Source: Promethearchaeota archaeon
Lineage (GTDB): Archaea; Asgardarchaeota; Lokiarchaeia; Sigyniarchaeales; SOKP01
Assembly: GCA_048940645.1 (NCBI GenBank)
Contig: JBHLOI010000004.1
Location: 32,001 to 96,000 of the forward strand
Direction of reading: 5' to 3'
DNA: 64,000 nucleotides
Below are positions 1 to 9,684 of this stretch, piece after piece. The translations under genes and the position numbers were made by a program. The notes below the pieces were generated by a model, which was given only the letters and a program-made list of their open reading frames with translations, ran no database searches and was not told where the DNA came from. Position 1 is the first letter of the stretch. Each line of letters begins with the position of its first letter.

Positions 1-218
1 GTGGAGAGATATGTCCTTTTGGATTACCTCAACCTAGCACTAATGGAAAATTTGAAATAACAAACCCAGATCTTTGCACAGAATGTAGCGCTTGTAAAAG
101 AAATTGTCCAACTCAAGCCATTATCATGCAAGAACAAGCGGGATGTGGATGTTTGTGGAATGTTAGGAATAGAGTAAAAAGCTCAAATCAATCGAATCAA
201 TCGTGTAATTGTGGGTAA
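1..218 (+). CDS. 4Fe-4S dicluster ferredoxin, 5'-truncated, Cys-rich tail (HgcB-like)
   Basis: Not in ORF track. Frame 3 reads GEICPFGLP...DLCTECSACKRNCPTQAIIMQEQAGCGCLW...SCNCG*, with a CxxCxxCxxxCP motif. Confidence 0.8.
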   Translation, partial: GEICPFGLPQPSTNGKFEITNPDLCTECSACKRNCPTQAIIMQEQAGCGCLWNVRNRVKSSNQSNQSCNCG

Positions 219-236
219 AATAGTTGGTTAATAATC

Positions 237-509
237 ATGAAACAAAATAATAAATTAGAAGTTGATATTTACGTTCCATTAGATGCATGTGCCTGTGAAT
301 GGGATAAGTTTATGAATCGGGTTTTTATAGTTTTAACACCTTATATAAAATACATTAATTATAATACGAAAAATCTTAATTCGGAGGAAGCAAGAAACCT
401 AGATTTACATGGAAATACAATTGTTGTTGACAATAAGAAAAAGTATACTGCTTCCTATTCATTAAAAAAAGATTTACCCAATTTACTAAGAGAAAAAGGT
501 TTGATTTAA
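237..509 (+). CDS. Small CxC protein, possibly thioredoxin/ArsD-like fold
   Basis: 90 aa ORF with beta-strand then ACAC and a later IVVD strand; fold guess only. Confidence 0.55.
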   Translation: MKQNNKLEVDIYVPLDACACEWDKFMNRVFIVLTPYIKYINYNTKNLNSEEARNLDLHGNTIVVDNKKKYTASYSLKKDLPNLLREKGLI

Positions 510-539
510 GCAAATTTATTAAATTGGGGTGGTCAAAAA

Positions 540-896
540 ATTAAAAAAATAGAATTTGAAATTAGTATTCCAATAAAAGGACTCCAGCAAGGTAAAAAAT
601 ATACACTTAATGTCGAAGATGATACTACCTTCATAGAAACATTAGCATTAGTGGATAAAATCGAGATGATAGAGACCAAGACCAGTATTTTTCCAGTGTA
701 TGAAGGCTATATTCATAGTTATCTTCAGCTTTTTATAAATCTTGAAGAAGCTTCAATATACGATGATGTTGGAGTGTATGCATATGCGCCTGATGACCAT
801 GGAATTATGCGAAAATTTAATCCTATTAGGGAAAATATTGAATTTAATCTATATCCTGATAGTTTGATTCAATTACAACCAGATGTAGGATGTTGA
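540..896 (+). CDS. Ubiquitin-like (MoaD/SAMP-like beta-grasp) protein ending in GC
   Basis: Frame is open upstream of the GTG at 651 (IKKIEFEISIP...YTLNVEDDTTFIETL). C-terminus LYPDSLIQLQPDVGC resembles SAMP/MoaD tails. Proposed ATT start follows SD GGGGTGG. Confidence 0.5.
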   Translation: MKKIEFEISIPIKGLQQGKKYTLNVEDDTTFIETLALVDKIEMIETKTSIFPVYEGYIHSYLQLFINLEEASIYDDVGVYAYAPDDHGIMRKFNPIRENIEFNLYPDSLIQLQPDVGC

Positions 897-1150
897 TGAG
901 AAAAGGTGAAAGAAAGAGTGGATAATGAAACACTCAAAATAAAACTTAGGCAAAAATATGGCAAAAATAATAAATATTTTCTCCATTATTTTCAAATTTA
1001 ATTTTTTGGATGAAATCTTTCAAGAAATAGTAGTGAAAGATTGACAAAGGGATTGCTTCCTATATATTATAAGAATAAAAATTAAAATTATTAATCATCA
1101 TTAAAAAAAAAAGTAAATAATTCTTGAAAATATAAAAGCAACTATTATCA

Positions 1151-1582
1151 ATGGAGAAATCAAAAGTAATTTTTCTTTGCACTGAAAATTCGGTACGTAG
1201 TCAAATGGCAGAAGCATTTCTTAAAAAACAGGCAGGTGAGCATTTTGAAGTATATAGTGCTGGGTTCGATCCTCAACCTATACATCCTTTTACAATAAAA
1301 GTAATGGAAGAATTAGACTATGATTTAAAAGATCAATATTCTAAAGAATTAAAGGAATTCCTAGGAAAAGTACACTTCGAGATTGTTATAACTGTGTGTG
1401 AAAAAGCTGAAAAGACCTGTCCTATTATTCCTGGAGTAAGTACTAGGTTATTTTGGTCATTTGAAGACCCTGCTGCATTTGAAGGAACAAGACAGGAAAA
1501 ACTGGATAAATTTCGACAAGTCAGAGACCAAATTTATGAACAAATTCAAGTTTGGTTAAAAAATAGAGCAATTTTAAAGTAA
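1151..1582 (+). CDS. arsC: Thioredoxin-coupled arsenate reductase (LMW-PTP fold)
   Basis: CTENSVRSQMAE P-loop, VCEKAEKTCP redox Cys pair, FEDP motif. Confidence 0.9.
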   Translation: MEKSKVIFLCTENSVRSQMAEAFLKKQAGEHFEVYSAGFDPQPIHPFTIKVMEELDYDLKDQYSKELKEFLGKVHFEIVITVCEKAEKTCPIIPGVSTRLFWSFEDPAAFEGTRQEKLDKFRQVRDQIYEQIQVWLKNRAILK

Positions 1583-1693
1583 AACATCTTTTATCGATTC
1601 CAAGTAAACTTTTATTTATTTTAATTTATCTACTCCTTTATTTTAAAATCTATAACTTAAAAAATAATTATTTATTTAAACTTTCTACCAGTC

Positions 1694-2641
1694 ATGGATA
1701 TTTTCACTCACTTTATAATCGGAATACTCGCTAGTGTTTATGGCCTTAAATCTTTACCATTTAGCCTTGTAATTTATGCGTCTATAATGTCAGTAATTAG
1801 TGATTTCGATATATTTCTAGCACCATTACGTTTGATTAAAAAGTCAAATTTTTTATCCCATAAAGGATTATCCCATTCATATTTCACTGCTTTGATATTT
1901 TCGTTTTTTACAGCAATATTATTTGCTTTTATTACCAATGAGAATTTCTTGATTGCTTGGCTTATTGGATTTCTTTTTTATAGTCTGCATGTTACACTGG
2001 ATCTAATCACAGCATCAAAAATTCCGATATTCTACCCTTTTTCAAAGAAAAGATATAGATTTTTCATAGATAGAGCTATTAATTTATTTTTAGCTGTAAT
2101 CTCTGGACTTGTTGTTTTATCCTATTTTTTAATGTTTTTTTATTTACCAGAAGTATTCTTTTCAGATTTATATCATTATATTTTTGGATTTTATCTCGTA
2201 TATTTCTCCTATCGATTCATTTCCAAAATCTGGATTCAATTCAAATTACCAGAAAATTCTCTTTATATCCCCGGTATTCTTCCTTTTGTCTACTTTATTT
2301 ATGAAAATATCTCCTTGGAAAAATCTAATTTGTATAAATTTTCAAAAAAAATTCAATTTTTAAACAAAAATTCTCTTATTTTACAATCAGAGATATCTAT
2401 AAACTCCGATGATATGAAGTTCTATGAAAAAGCTATAAAAATCTCGAAAGATTATGTATTTTTTAATAAGTGGGAAGCAGTTATTCCAATTATAGAAAAA
2501 GATTTTGATAAATATACTATACTTTTAATATTAACAGAAAGTTATTTTTCTGGCTCAACCTACTCACTCAAAGTAGTGTTTAATAGAAAAGCAGATACGA
2601 TTGATAATATATCTGACGGCTTTAACTTGTTTAAAGTATAA
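1694..2641 (+). CDS. Membrane-bound metal-dependent hydrolase (YdjM-like)
   Basis: MDIFTH, SDFD, HKGLSHS, HVTLD motifs and multiple TM segments. Confidence 0.8.
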   Translation: MDIFTHFIIGILASVYGLKSLPFSLVIYASIMSVISDFDIFLAPLRLIKKSNFLSHKGLSHSYFTALIFSFFTAILFAFITNENFLIAWLIGFLFYSLHVTLDLITASKIPIFYPFSKKRYRFFIDRAINLFLAVISGLVVLSYFLMFFYLPEVFFSDLYHYIFGFYLVYFSYRFISKIWIQFKLPENSLYIPGILPFVYFIYENISLEKSNLYKFSKKIQFLNKNSLILQSEISINSDDMKFYEKAIKISKDYVFFNKWEAVIPIIEKDFDKYTILLILTESYFSGSTYSLKVVFNRKADTIDNISDGFNLFKV

Positions 2642-2826
2642 AACCTTTTACTGCAGTTAAAAATTACGTAAGTAAATCTAAAGATAAATCAAGTTTAAAT
2701 CTCTTTTTCAATGAAAGATTTTCTATTTATGATAAATATTTAAATATATGTTTATCTGAAACACTAATTGTCAAATCTAATTTGAACAAAAAATTAAACT
2801 CAAAAATATATAGAAGTGATTAAAAT

Positions 2827-4302
2827 ATGGAACGAACAACAAAAAGAATACTTGCAATAGTTCTTGTAATAGCAATCGCAGGTGCTGGAATAGGCATCGG
2901 TGTTTGGTATTTAACCCAAGAGGTTGGAGAAGCAGGATGGGAGACCCCAGGAGTTTCAGGTGTACCAAGCGATAACTGGATTAGATGTGGATATCTTGGT
3001 GGCTTGAGAGGGATACAAGGTGATGGAGGTTGGAAAGGTGCTTGGTTAGCGGCATATGATATAAATACTAAAGATGGTGGTATTCAGGTTGGCAATGAGA
3101 CATATTACATAGCAGTTAAGGCACGAGATACTAATGAACATGATCCTCAAATACCTATCTCTACAGGGTTGGCTGCAGCTGAGCAAATGATATACGTGGA
3201 TGAAGCAAGATACCTCTTTGGTGGATTTAGAACAGAGGTCACAAGAGCGATTGTAGAAGTAGCAATGGATGAAGACTTAATTTATTATGGTTGCGGTGCT
3301 TCTACAGATGAATTTTGTGTTAATGTGTACAACAACTATCCAAGATATAAATCTTACTTCAGGCAAACTCCCATTTCAAGTACTTTCCTCGCATTAGAAA
3401 TAATTAAAGGCTTTTGTCATGTAATAAATGTAATGGAAGCTAACTTGTCAAGAAGAGTAAACAAAATTGCAATCTTTCGAGAACAGCTAGATTGGACTGT
3501 AGGTATGTCAGGTCTTTTAAATGGTCTCGCCGCTGCTGTTAATTACACTGTAGTATACGAAGTAGCTTATGACATTGCTAACCCTGATTTTGAGACATAT
3601 TGGGATCTAGCTGAGGCGGCAGGTGCTCAAATAGTTGTACCCGTTGTTTCGGGAGATACAGGAATAACCATGATGAAACAATATGGAATTACGAGACCTC
3701 ACTGTCTTGTATTTGGTATTGATGTTGAAGGGCAGATGACCACCTATTGGTCGACTACGGGTGGAGCTTGTAATTACCAAATCTTTTTAACAACTCTTAC
3801 TCCTAATTGCCCCGTAACACCTTATTCCACAACATTTTACAATGATTATCTCACGAGGTATGGTATTGGACCTACGATCTACACAGCACCAGGTACTTAC
3901 GACGCGGTTAACACTTTAGCATGGGCAATTAACCAGTCTCAATCATTGGATGAGCTAGACATTATTGCTCAACTAGAAACGTTAAATAGAAGTGCTGGGG
4001 TTTACCTTTCAGGTCCTAGAGCTGTAGCTGCCAGAAGATTGTCCTATACTCAAGTTGGTGGTGGATTCCCTCCAAGCAACCCTACAGCGCATGATGTTGA
4101 AGAGGGCTGGCCATGGGGTTGTACCAGATTTGGTCAGTGGCAAGGTGGGACTATAGTATGTATACCCACTGGAAATGGGACCTTATATACCCGTGGATAT
4201 CCAGCTGGTCCATATGGAGATTTTTCAAATTTAGCTCTTGGAGTATATCCAAATTCATTAGCGACTGGAAATATTTTCCTGCCATATTGGGGTATAAATT
4301 AG
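2827..4302 (+). CDS. Liv/HAAT-type ABC transporter substrate-binding protein with N-terminal membrane anchor
   Basis: N-terminal TM, INxxxGGI, GGFRTE and YDAV motifs; precedes livHMGF. Confidence 0.85.
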   Translation: MERTTKRILAIVLVIAIAGAGIGIGVWYLTQEVGEAGWETPGVSGVPSDNWIRCGYLGGLRGIQGDGGWKGAWLAAYDINTKDGGIQVGNETYYIAVKARDTNEHDPQIPISTGLAAAEQMIYVDEARYLFGGFRTEVTRAIVEVAMDEDLIYYGCGASTDEFCVNVYNNYPRYKSYFRQTPISSTFLALEIIKGFCHVINVMEANLSRRVNKIAIFREQLDWTVGMSGLLNGLAAAVNYTVVYEVAYDIANPDFETYWDLAEAAGAQIVVPVVSGDTGITMMKQYGITRPHCLVFGIDVEGQMTTYWSTTGGACNYQIFLTTLTPNCPVTPYSTTFYNDYLTRYGIGPTIYTAPGTYDAVNTLAWAINQSQSLDELDIIAQLETLNRSAGVYLSGPRAVAARRLSYTQVGGGFPPSNPTAHDVEEGWPWGCTRFGQWQGGTIVCIPTGNGTLYTRGYPAGPYGDFSNLALGVYPNSLATGNIFLPYWGIN

Positions 4303-4339
4303 GAACTGCGAATATTTGAATATTTTAAAATATTAAGTC

Positions 4340-4350
4340 TTTTTTTTTTT
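4340..4350 (+). terminator. Oligo-T terminator after the substrate-binding protein gene
   Basis: T11 run about 40 nt after the stop codon. Confidence 0.5.
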
Positions 4351-4490
4351 AATATTTGTGTATAAGTTTTTAGGAAAAATAGAATTATAGAAAAATTAGT
4401 ACAAATTATAGATTAATTTTAAATATAATGAGGTAGAAATAACATAATAAAAATCAGAACAAAATAACTTTATTTAAAGATTATTGAATA

Positions 4491-5543
4491 TTGAGGGATT
4501 GTTTTATTATGATAGTAGAATTAGAAAAAGATATGAAAGATAATGAAATCGTTAAAAAAACGAAAAAGTTGAGTAAAAGACTACAAATTACCTTAGGAAC
4601 AGCTGGTATAATTGCAATTGTTATCATATTATTATCTTTAAGTTATTATTTTTTCAAGGTACCAGAGGGGTTACCTCAGATAATAATTTTTGGCACAACG
4701 CATGGAGCTATTATTTCCCTACTTGCAATCGGGCTCTCATTAGTGTATGGTGTAGGAGGAGTTATGAACTTAGCTCATGGGGGATTCTATTTAATGTCAG
4801 GATATATTTTTTACTGGACGGTAACGGCTACGAAAGTATTCATGCCATTTGGGGGAATAATATTAGGTATAATTATAGTATTGATAGCTATAACGATTAT
4901 TGGAGCTGCTTCATACCTCTTATTTATTAAACCTTTGATGAATTCTCCTATAGGTGTATTAATGGTTACATTTGCTATTGCTTATTTCTTTCAAGCATTG
5001 ATTCTGCTGATAGTTCAAGTATCCCACCCATTATTAATGGATGAATTAATTCCAGGTAGTATTACAATTTTTGACGTTACATTCGGCGCTCAAAATATCT
5101 TAATCATTATTCTTTCATTATCAATTGTAATCGGTGTTACAATATTTATTAGTAAAACTAAACTTGGGAAATCTATTAGAGCAGTTGCTCAAGATAGAGA
5201 GGCAGCAATGCTTATGGGTATAAATGCTGATAGAATCCTTATGTATGTTGTAATGATCTCTGCTTTTTTAACAGGTGTAGCAGCAATCCTCAATGTACCC
5301 AAAGAATATATATCACCCTATGTGGGTTGGGGCATTTTAGCAGAGTCATTTGCAGTTGTTGTTCTTGGAGGATTGGGAAGTTTACCTGGTAGTGTTGCTG
5401 GATCATTCATCCTTGGCTATGCAACTTCTATCTGTAATTATCTGATCGACCCCTCTTTTGCTGCTTTAATCCCTGGTATTGTGATCGTGGTAACCCTTGT
5501 ACTAAGACCTCAGGGCTTATTTGGAAAAAAAGAAATTGATTAA
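4491..5543 (+). CDS. livH: Branched-chain amino acid-type ABC permease
   Basis: NLAHGGF, TKLGKSIRAVAQDREAA, LGGLGS motifs; true start may be ATG 4533. Confidence 0.9.
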   Translation: MRDCFIMIVELEKDMKDNEIVKKTKKLSKRLQITLGTAGIIAIVIILLSLSYYFFKVPEGLPQIIIFGTTHGAIISLLAIGLSLVYGVGGVMNLAHGGFYLMSGYIFYWTVTATKVFMPFGGIILGIIIVLIAITIIGAASYLLFIKPLMNSPIGVLMVTFAIAYFFQALILLIVQVSHPLLMDELIPGSITIFDVTFGAQNILIIILSLSIVIGVTIFISKTKLGKSIRAVAQDREAAMLMGINADRILMYVVMISAFLTGVAAILNVPKEYISPYVGWGILAESFAVVVLGGLGSLPGSVAGSFILGYATSICNYLIDPSFAALIPGIVIVVTLVLRPQGLFGKKEID

Positions 5544-5585
5544 TTTATTAAAAAGATAGTAATAATTAAAGGTGTTTATATAAAA

Positions 5586-6611
5586 GTGTCAAAATTAAAG
5601 GAAATTATAGGAAATTACATTAGGATTAAAAGTAAACCTTCTCGTCGTCTAATATCTTGGGTAAAAACCTTTAAGGGTAGTTTAACATTACTCTGTTTAC
5701 TTGGACTATTTGCTTTACCATTGCTTACTGATAATCCATATTATTTGGGAATATTTATTAATGCAGCGATTTTTTCAATTTTTGCTGCAAGCTGGAACTT
5801 TTTAGGGGGGTATACCGGACAAGTAAGTTTTGGACATGCAATATTTTTGGGCATGGGTGGTTATATAACTGCATCTTTAGTTCGTTATTTTAATGTCGCA
5901 TGGTCCATTTCACTTATTGTGGGTGGGCTCTTTTCTGTATTAATTGCCTTTTTCATTGGTATTATTTGTTTACGATTAAAAGGCCCCTACTTAGCTTTAG
6001 GAACCATGGCTTTAGGTCTTTTTACAATGGCTTTATTCAATAATGAGTTACTGGGAACAGCTAGTGACTGGCTATTTTTCGGATCACAGGGAATTGATAG
6101 AGTCCCTCGCATCTCTAGAGATGTAGTAGAAATATTTTATGTTTATCTGATTATTATGATAGTTTCAGTTATAATAATGATTCTTATTGGTGATTCTAAA
6201 ATGGGTACAATTTTCAAATCCATTCGAGATGATGATACTGGAGCCGAAGCCTCAGGTATTAATTTAACTAAATATAAAGTTATTGCATTCATGATAAGTG
6301 GCTTTTTTGCAGGAATTGCTGGAGGCCTTCTCGCTATGCAATCTAGGAATGTAGCTCCTGCATTTTTTCAGCCTCTTTATTCATTTTACGCAATAATTAT
6401 GACTGCTATCGGAGGAATAGGTTTAATATCTGGATCAGTCCTTGGAGGCTTTATTTTCTTTGGGTTAGAAGCATTATTAAGTGACGTATGGGATCCAGTA
6501 TTTTTATTTTCTATCATCTTAATTTTAATCATTCGATTTGCTGAAATGGGACTTTTAAGACCTGTCTTAGAACACTTAAGAGATCTCTGGGATTTGGTAT
6601 TAGGAAAATAA
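5586..6611 (+). CDS. livM: Branched-chain amino acid-type ABC permease
   Basis: GYTGQVSFGHA, LRLKGPYLAL, IRDDDTGAEASGI motifs. Confidence 0.9.
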   Translation: MSKLKEIIGNYIRIKSKPSRRLISWVKTFKGSLTLLCLLGLFALPLLTDNPYYLGIFINAAIFSIFAASWNFLGGYTGQVSFGHAIFLGMGGYITASLVRYFNVAWSISLIVGGLFSVLIAFFIGIICLRLKGPYLALGTMALGLFTMALFNNELLGTASDWLFFGSQGIDRVPRISRDVVEIFYVYLIIMIVSVIIMILIGDSKMGTIFKSIRDDDTGAEASGINLTKYKVIAFMISGFFAGIAGGLLAMQSRNVAPAFFQPLYSFYAIIMTAIGGIGLISGSVLGGFIFFGLEALLSDVWDPVFLFSIILILIIRFAEMGLLRPVLEHLRDLWDLVLGK

Positions 6612-6638
6612 AAAAAAATATAATAATAATTAAAAAAT

Positions 6639-7391
6639 GTGAATTATAATATGGGAATAATTTTAGAAGTAAAGAATCTAACAAAAAAATTTGGCGGATT
6701 AACAGCGGTTAATGATTTTAGTTTTGAAATTCATCAAGGAGAATTTCTTGGACTAATTGGTCCAAATGGTGCTGGAAAAACTACTGTTTTTAATTTAATA
6801 TCTGGTTTTGAAAAGCCAAGTGCGGGGACTATTAGATTTGATGGTATTGATATCACAGGTAAAAAACCTCATAAAATTGTAAATTTTGGAATCGCTCGAA
6901 CCTTTCAACTAGTTAGATCGTTTAAATTTCTCAATCTGCTTGATAATGTTACCGTTTCATGTCTTTCTCCTAGAGGAAAAAAAGTTGCAAGACATGTTGG
7001 ATTTGAGGAATATGCTAGTTCAATTCTTGCTTCTGTTGGACTTGTAGATAGAGCTAGAATCCCTCCTGTTATTTTACCGCATGGTGATTTAAGGAAATTG
7101 CAAATTGGTAAAGCTGTTGGTACTAATCCTAAATTACTTCTTCTAGATGAACCATTTAGCGGTCTTACGCATGAAGAACAGGAAGTTATTACAGATTTAA
7201 TTATAAAATTACATGATGATGGGGTAACCGTTTTTCTTACAGGACATGTGCTAAGAGAATTAATGCAGTTAGTCCCAAGAGTAATTGCTATGCATCAAGG
7301 TAAATTTATTGCTGAAGGTTCTCCATTAGAAGTCGCAAATAATAAAATAGTACTTGAAGCATATTTAGGGAGAGGTGAAGAATTTGCTTGA
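6639..7391 (+). CDS. livG: ABC ATPase
   Basis: GPNGAGKTT, GIARTFQ, LLLDEP; likely start ATG 6651. Confidence 0.9.
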   Translation: MNYNMGIILEVKNLTKKFGGLTAVNDFSFEIHQGEFLGLIGPNGAGKTTVFNLISGFEKPSAGTIRFDGIDITGKKPHKIVNFGIARTFQLVRSFKFLNLLDNVTVSCLSPRGKKVARHVGFEEYASSILASVGLVDRARIPPVILPHGDLRKLQIGKAVGTNPKLLLLDEPFSGLTHEEQEVITDLIIKLHDDGVTVFLTGHVLRELMQLVPRVIAMHQGKFIAEGSPLEVANNKIVLEAYLGRGEEFA

Positions 7392-8088
7392 ATTAAAAAA
7401 AATTTATCATTATTATGGAAAAGCTAAATCTCTTGAAGAGATAAATTTAAAAGTGGAACAAAAATCCTTAGATTCCGTTATAGGACCCAATGGTGCTGGA
7501 AAATCAACTCTTCTTAGAGTAATTTCCGGATTAGAAGAGCCTGATAGAGGTAAAATCATCTTCGAAGGAGTGAGAATTGATGAAGAAAAACCTTATAGAA
7601 TTGCGAGAATGGGAATCGCCCATTGTCCAGAACGCCGAAGACTTTTTTATGATATGAGCGTTGAGGAAAATCTTAGCATGGGGGCATATTCACTAAAGGA
7701 TAAATCAAAATTAAAGGGATTATTACAATTTATATTTGAAATTTTTCCTCGTCTTAAGGAAAGAAAGAAACAAAGAGCTGGAACTCTCAGTGGTGGTGAA
7801 CAACAAATGCTTGCTATAGCACGTTCTCTTATGTCAAACCCAAAATTACTCTTAATGGATGAACCTTCGTTAGGACTTGCACCTAAAATTAAAAACAAAA
7901 TATTTGAAGCCATCCAAAAAGTTAAAGAAGAAGGTACTACAACACTTTTAATTGAACAAGATGCTGTCTTAGCTATGGATATAGCAGATTATATTCATGT
8001 ACTAGAAGAAGGAAAAATCGAAATGAGAGGTACAAAACAAGAATTAAATCGAGAACCTAGAATTAAACAAGTATATTTAGGGATTTAG
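7375..8088 (+). CDS. livF: ABC ATPase
   Basis: GPNGAGKST, LSGGEQQMLA, DEPSLGLAP. Confidence 0.92.
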   Translation: MKNLLELKKIYHYYGKAKSLEEINLKVEQKSLDSVIGPNGAGKSTLLRVISGLEEPDRGKIIFEGVRIDEEKPYRIARMGIAHCPERRRLFYDMSVEENLSMGAYSLKDKSKLKGLLQFIFEIFPRLKERKKQRAGTLSGGEQQMLAIARSLMSNPKLLLMDEPSLGLAPKIKNKIFEAIQKVKEEGTTTLLIEQDAVLAMDIADYIHVLEEGKIEMRGTKQELNREPRIKQVYLGI

Positions 8089-8098
8089 GTGGGTTAAA

Positions 8099-9598
8099 AT
8101 GTCAGCAACATTAGAAAAATTATTAAGAGATGCAAGAATAGATTTGGTTTTATCAAGAATCGAGAAAGATTCCTCTGTGTTAAATGAAGTGATTGAATAT
8201 TTAGATAGTGAAATAAGATCAATTAAATTTAATGCTATATTTATATTAGGGGAATTAGGTCAGAAATCTGTAAATGGAATTCCTAAATTAATAAATTGTT
8301 TAGATAGTGAGGATTGGAGCATAATACGTGAAGCCGTCCGATCATTGGGAAAAATAGGACCACTAGCAAACGAATCAATTCCGAAATTAACAGGATTATT
8401 AACCAGCAAGGAAGATACAATTCGGAAAGAAACGGCTATAGCTTTAGGAAATATTCAAAAACTTTCTATTGACGCCATTAAAGGATTAACTAGTGCTTTA
8501 AAAGACAACAATGAAGAGGTTCGAGCTGAAACAGCAAAAGCTCTTGGAAAGATGGGACCTGAAGGTTACGAAATTGTTCCAGAATTGATAAAAAGTCTTA
8601 AGGATATAAGCTGGTTAGTTAGAACCACATCTGCTCAATCGATAAGTCAAATTGGGAAAGTATCTCCAAAAGCAATTCCTACCTTAATTAGTGCCTTGGA
8701 AGATAAGGATTGGAGAGTTCGTTATAGAGTTATAAATACTCTAGCACAAATAGGAGGAGATGAAATAGTTTCTAATCTTTTAAAATATTTAAACCATAAT
8801 AAATCACAAGTTAGAAAGGAAGCAGTTGATGCTTTAGGAGAACTTAAACAATCTGATCCTGTAGTTCTTGAAAGTTTATATCCATTATTAGAAGATGGAA
8901 ATGAAGCTGTTAGAGGTAAAACAGCTGATACACTCCGAAGTATTGGAAAAAAAGCAATCCCACCCTTAATTAAATCCTATGATGATAATTTGAAATTTCC
9001 AATTGATTGGGTTCTTTACTGGGTCTTAATTTTCTTAGCTGTACCTTATTGGCTGCTTTTTGGAGGGATTTATATCTTAATCTTGCCATTACTTATTTCA
9101 TTTATTCTCACGCTCAGAAGGTTAATACTTCATATTATGGCCAATCAAAGAAAAAAAATAATGATTATTTCTAGTCTTGGAGGAATGGGCCCAGATGCTA
9201 TAGAGGCAGTTCCATTTATTATAGATTTATTAAAGACAAAGGTTAATGCAAAAATTCGAGCTGAAATGGCTAGAACATTAGGAAAAATTGGAATTAATTC
9301 TGAGCAAGCGGTTTTAGCATTGGAAGGCACCCTTAATGATCCAAAAAGCATTGTAAGACGTGAGGCAGCACTAGCTTTAGGAAAAATTGGTTCTCTAGCC
9401 ACTAGAGCAGTTCCTACGTTAGTAAAATCATTACAAGATAAGAATGCAGATGTTAGATGGAGAGCTTCTGAAGCATTAGGTTTTATTGGAGTTAATACAA
9501 ACGAAGTCATTTCTAATTTAAATAGCTTAATCCATGACGAATGCGATTATGTCTGTGAATCTGCCATCAATGCTATAGATAGTTTAACAGAAGAGTGA
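8099..9598 (+). CDS. HEAT (PBS-lyase-type) repeat protein with internal hydrophobic membrane segment
   Basis: Repeated L-x-D-x-x-x-x-VR-x-x-AA-x-ALG units interrupted by a ~45 aa hydrophobic stretch. Confidence 0.85.
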   Translation: MSATLEKLLRDARIDLVLSRIEKDSSVLNEVIEYLDSEIRSIKFNAIFILGELGQKSVNGIPKLINCLDSEDWSIIREAVRSLGKIGPLANESIPKLTGLLTSKEDTIRKETAIALGNIQKLSIDAIKGLTSALKDNNEEVRAETAKALGKMGPEGYEIVPELIKSLKDISWLVRTTSAQSISQIGKVSPKAIPTLISALEDKDWRVRYRVINTLAQIGGDEIVSNLLKYLNHNKSQVRKEAVDALGELKQSDPVVLESLYPLLEDGNEAVRGKTADTLRSIGKKAIPPLIKSYDDNLKFPIDWVLYWVLIFLAVPYWLLFGGIYILILPLLISFILTLRRLILHIMANQRKKIMIISSLGGMGPDAIEAVPFIIDLLKTKVNAKIRAEMARTLGKIGINSEQAVLALEGTLNDPKSIVRREAALALGKIGSLATRAVPTLVKSLQDKNADVRWRASEALGFIGVNTNEVISNLNSLIHDECDYVCESAINAIDSLTEE

Positions 9599-9684
9599 TT
9601 TTAAGTTTAATCAAAATATTTTTATTTAATATTAAATCATTTGAATTTATATGAGTTACTAAATATTTGAGGTATTTATGAAAA

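Noticed and set aside
888-899. GGA TGT TGA TGA as a possible Gly-Cys-Sec read-through
   Set aside because: Two consecutive TGA codons, a low-complexity downstream frame and no recognisable SECIS; a double stop is simpler.
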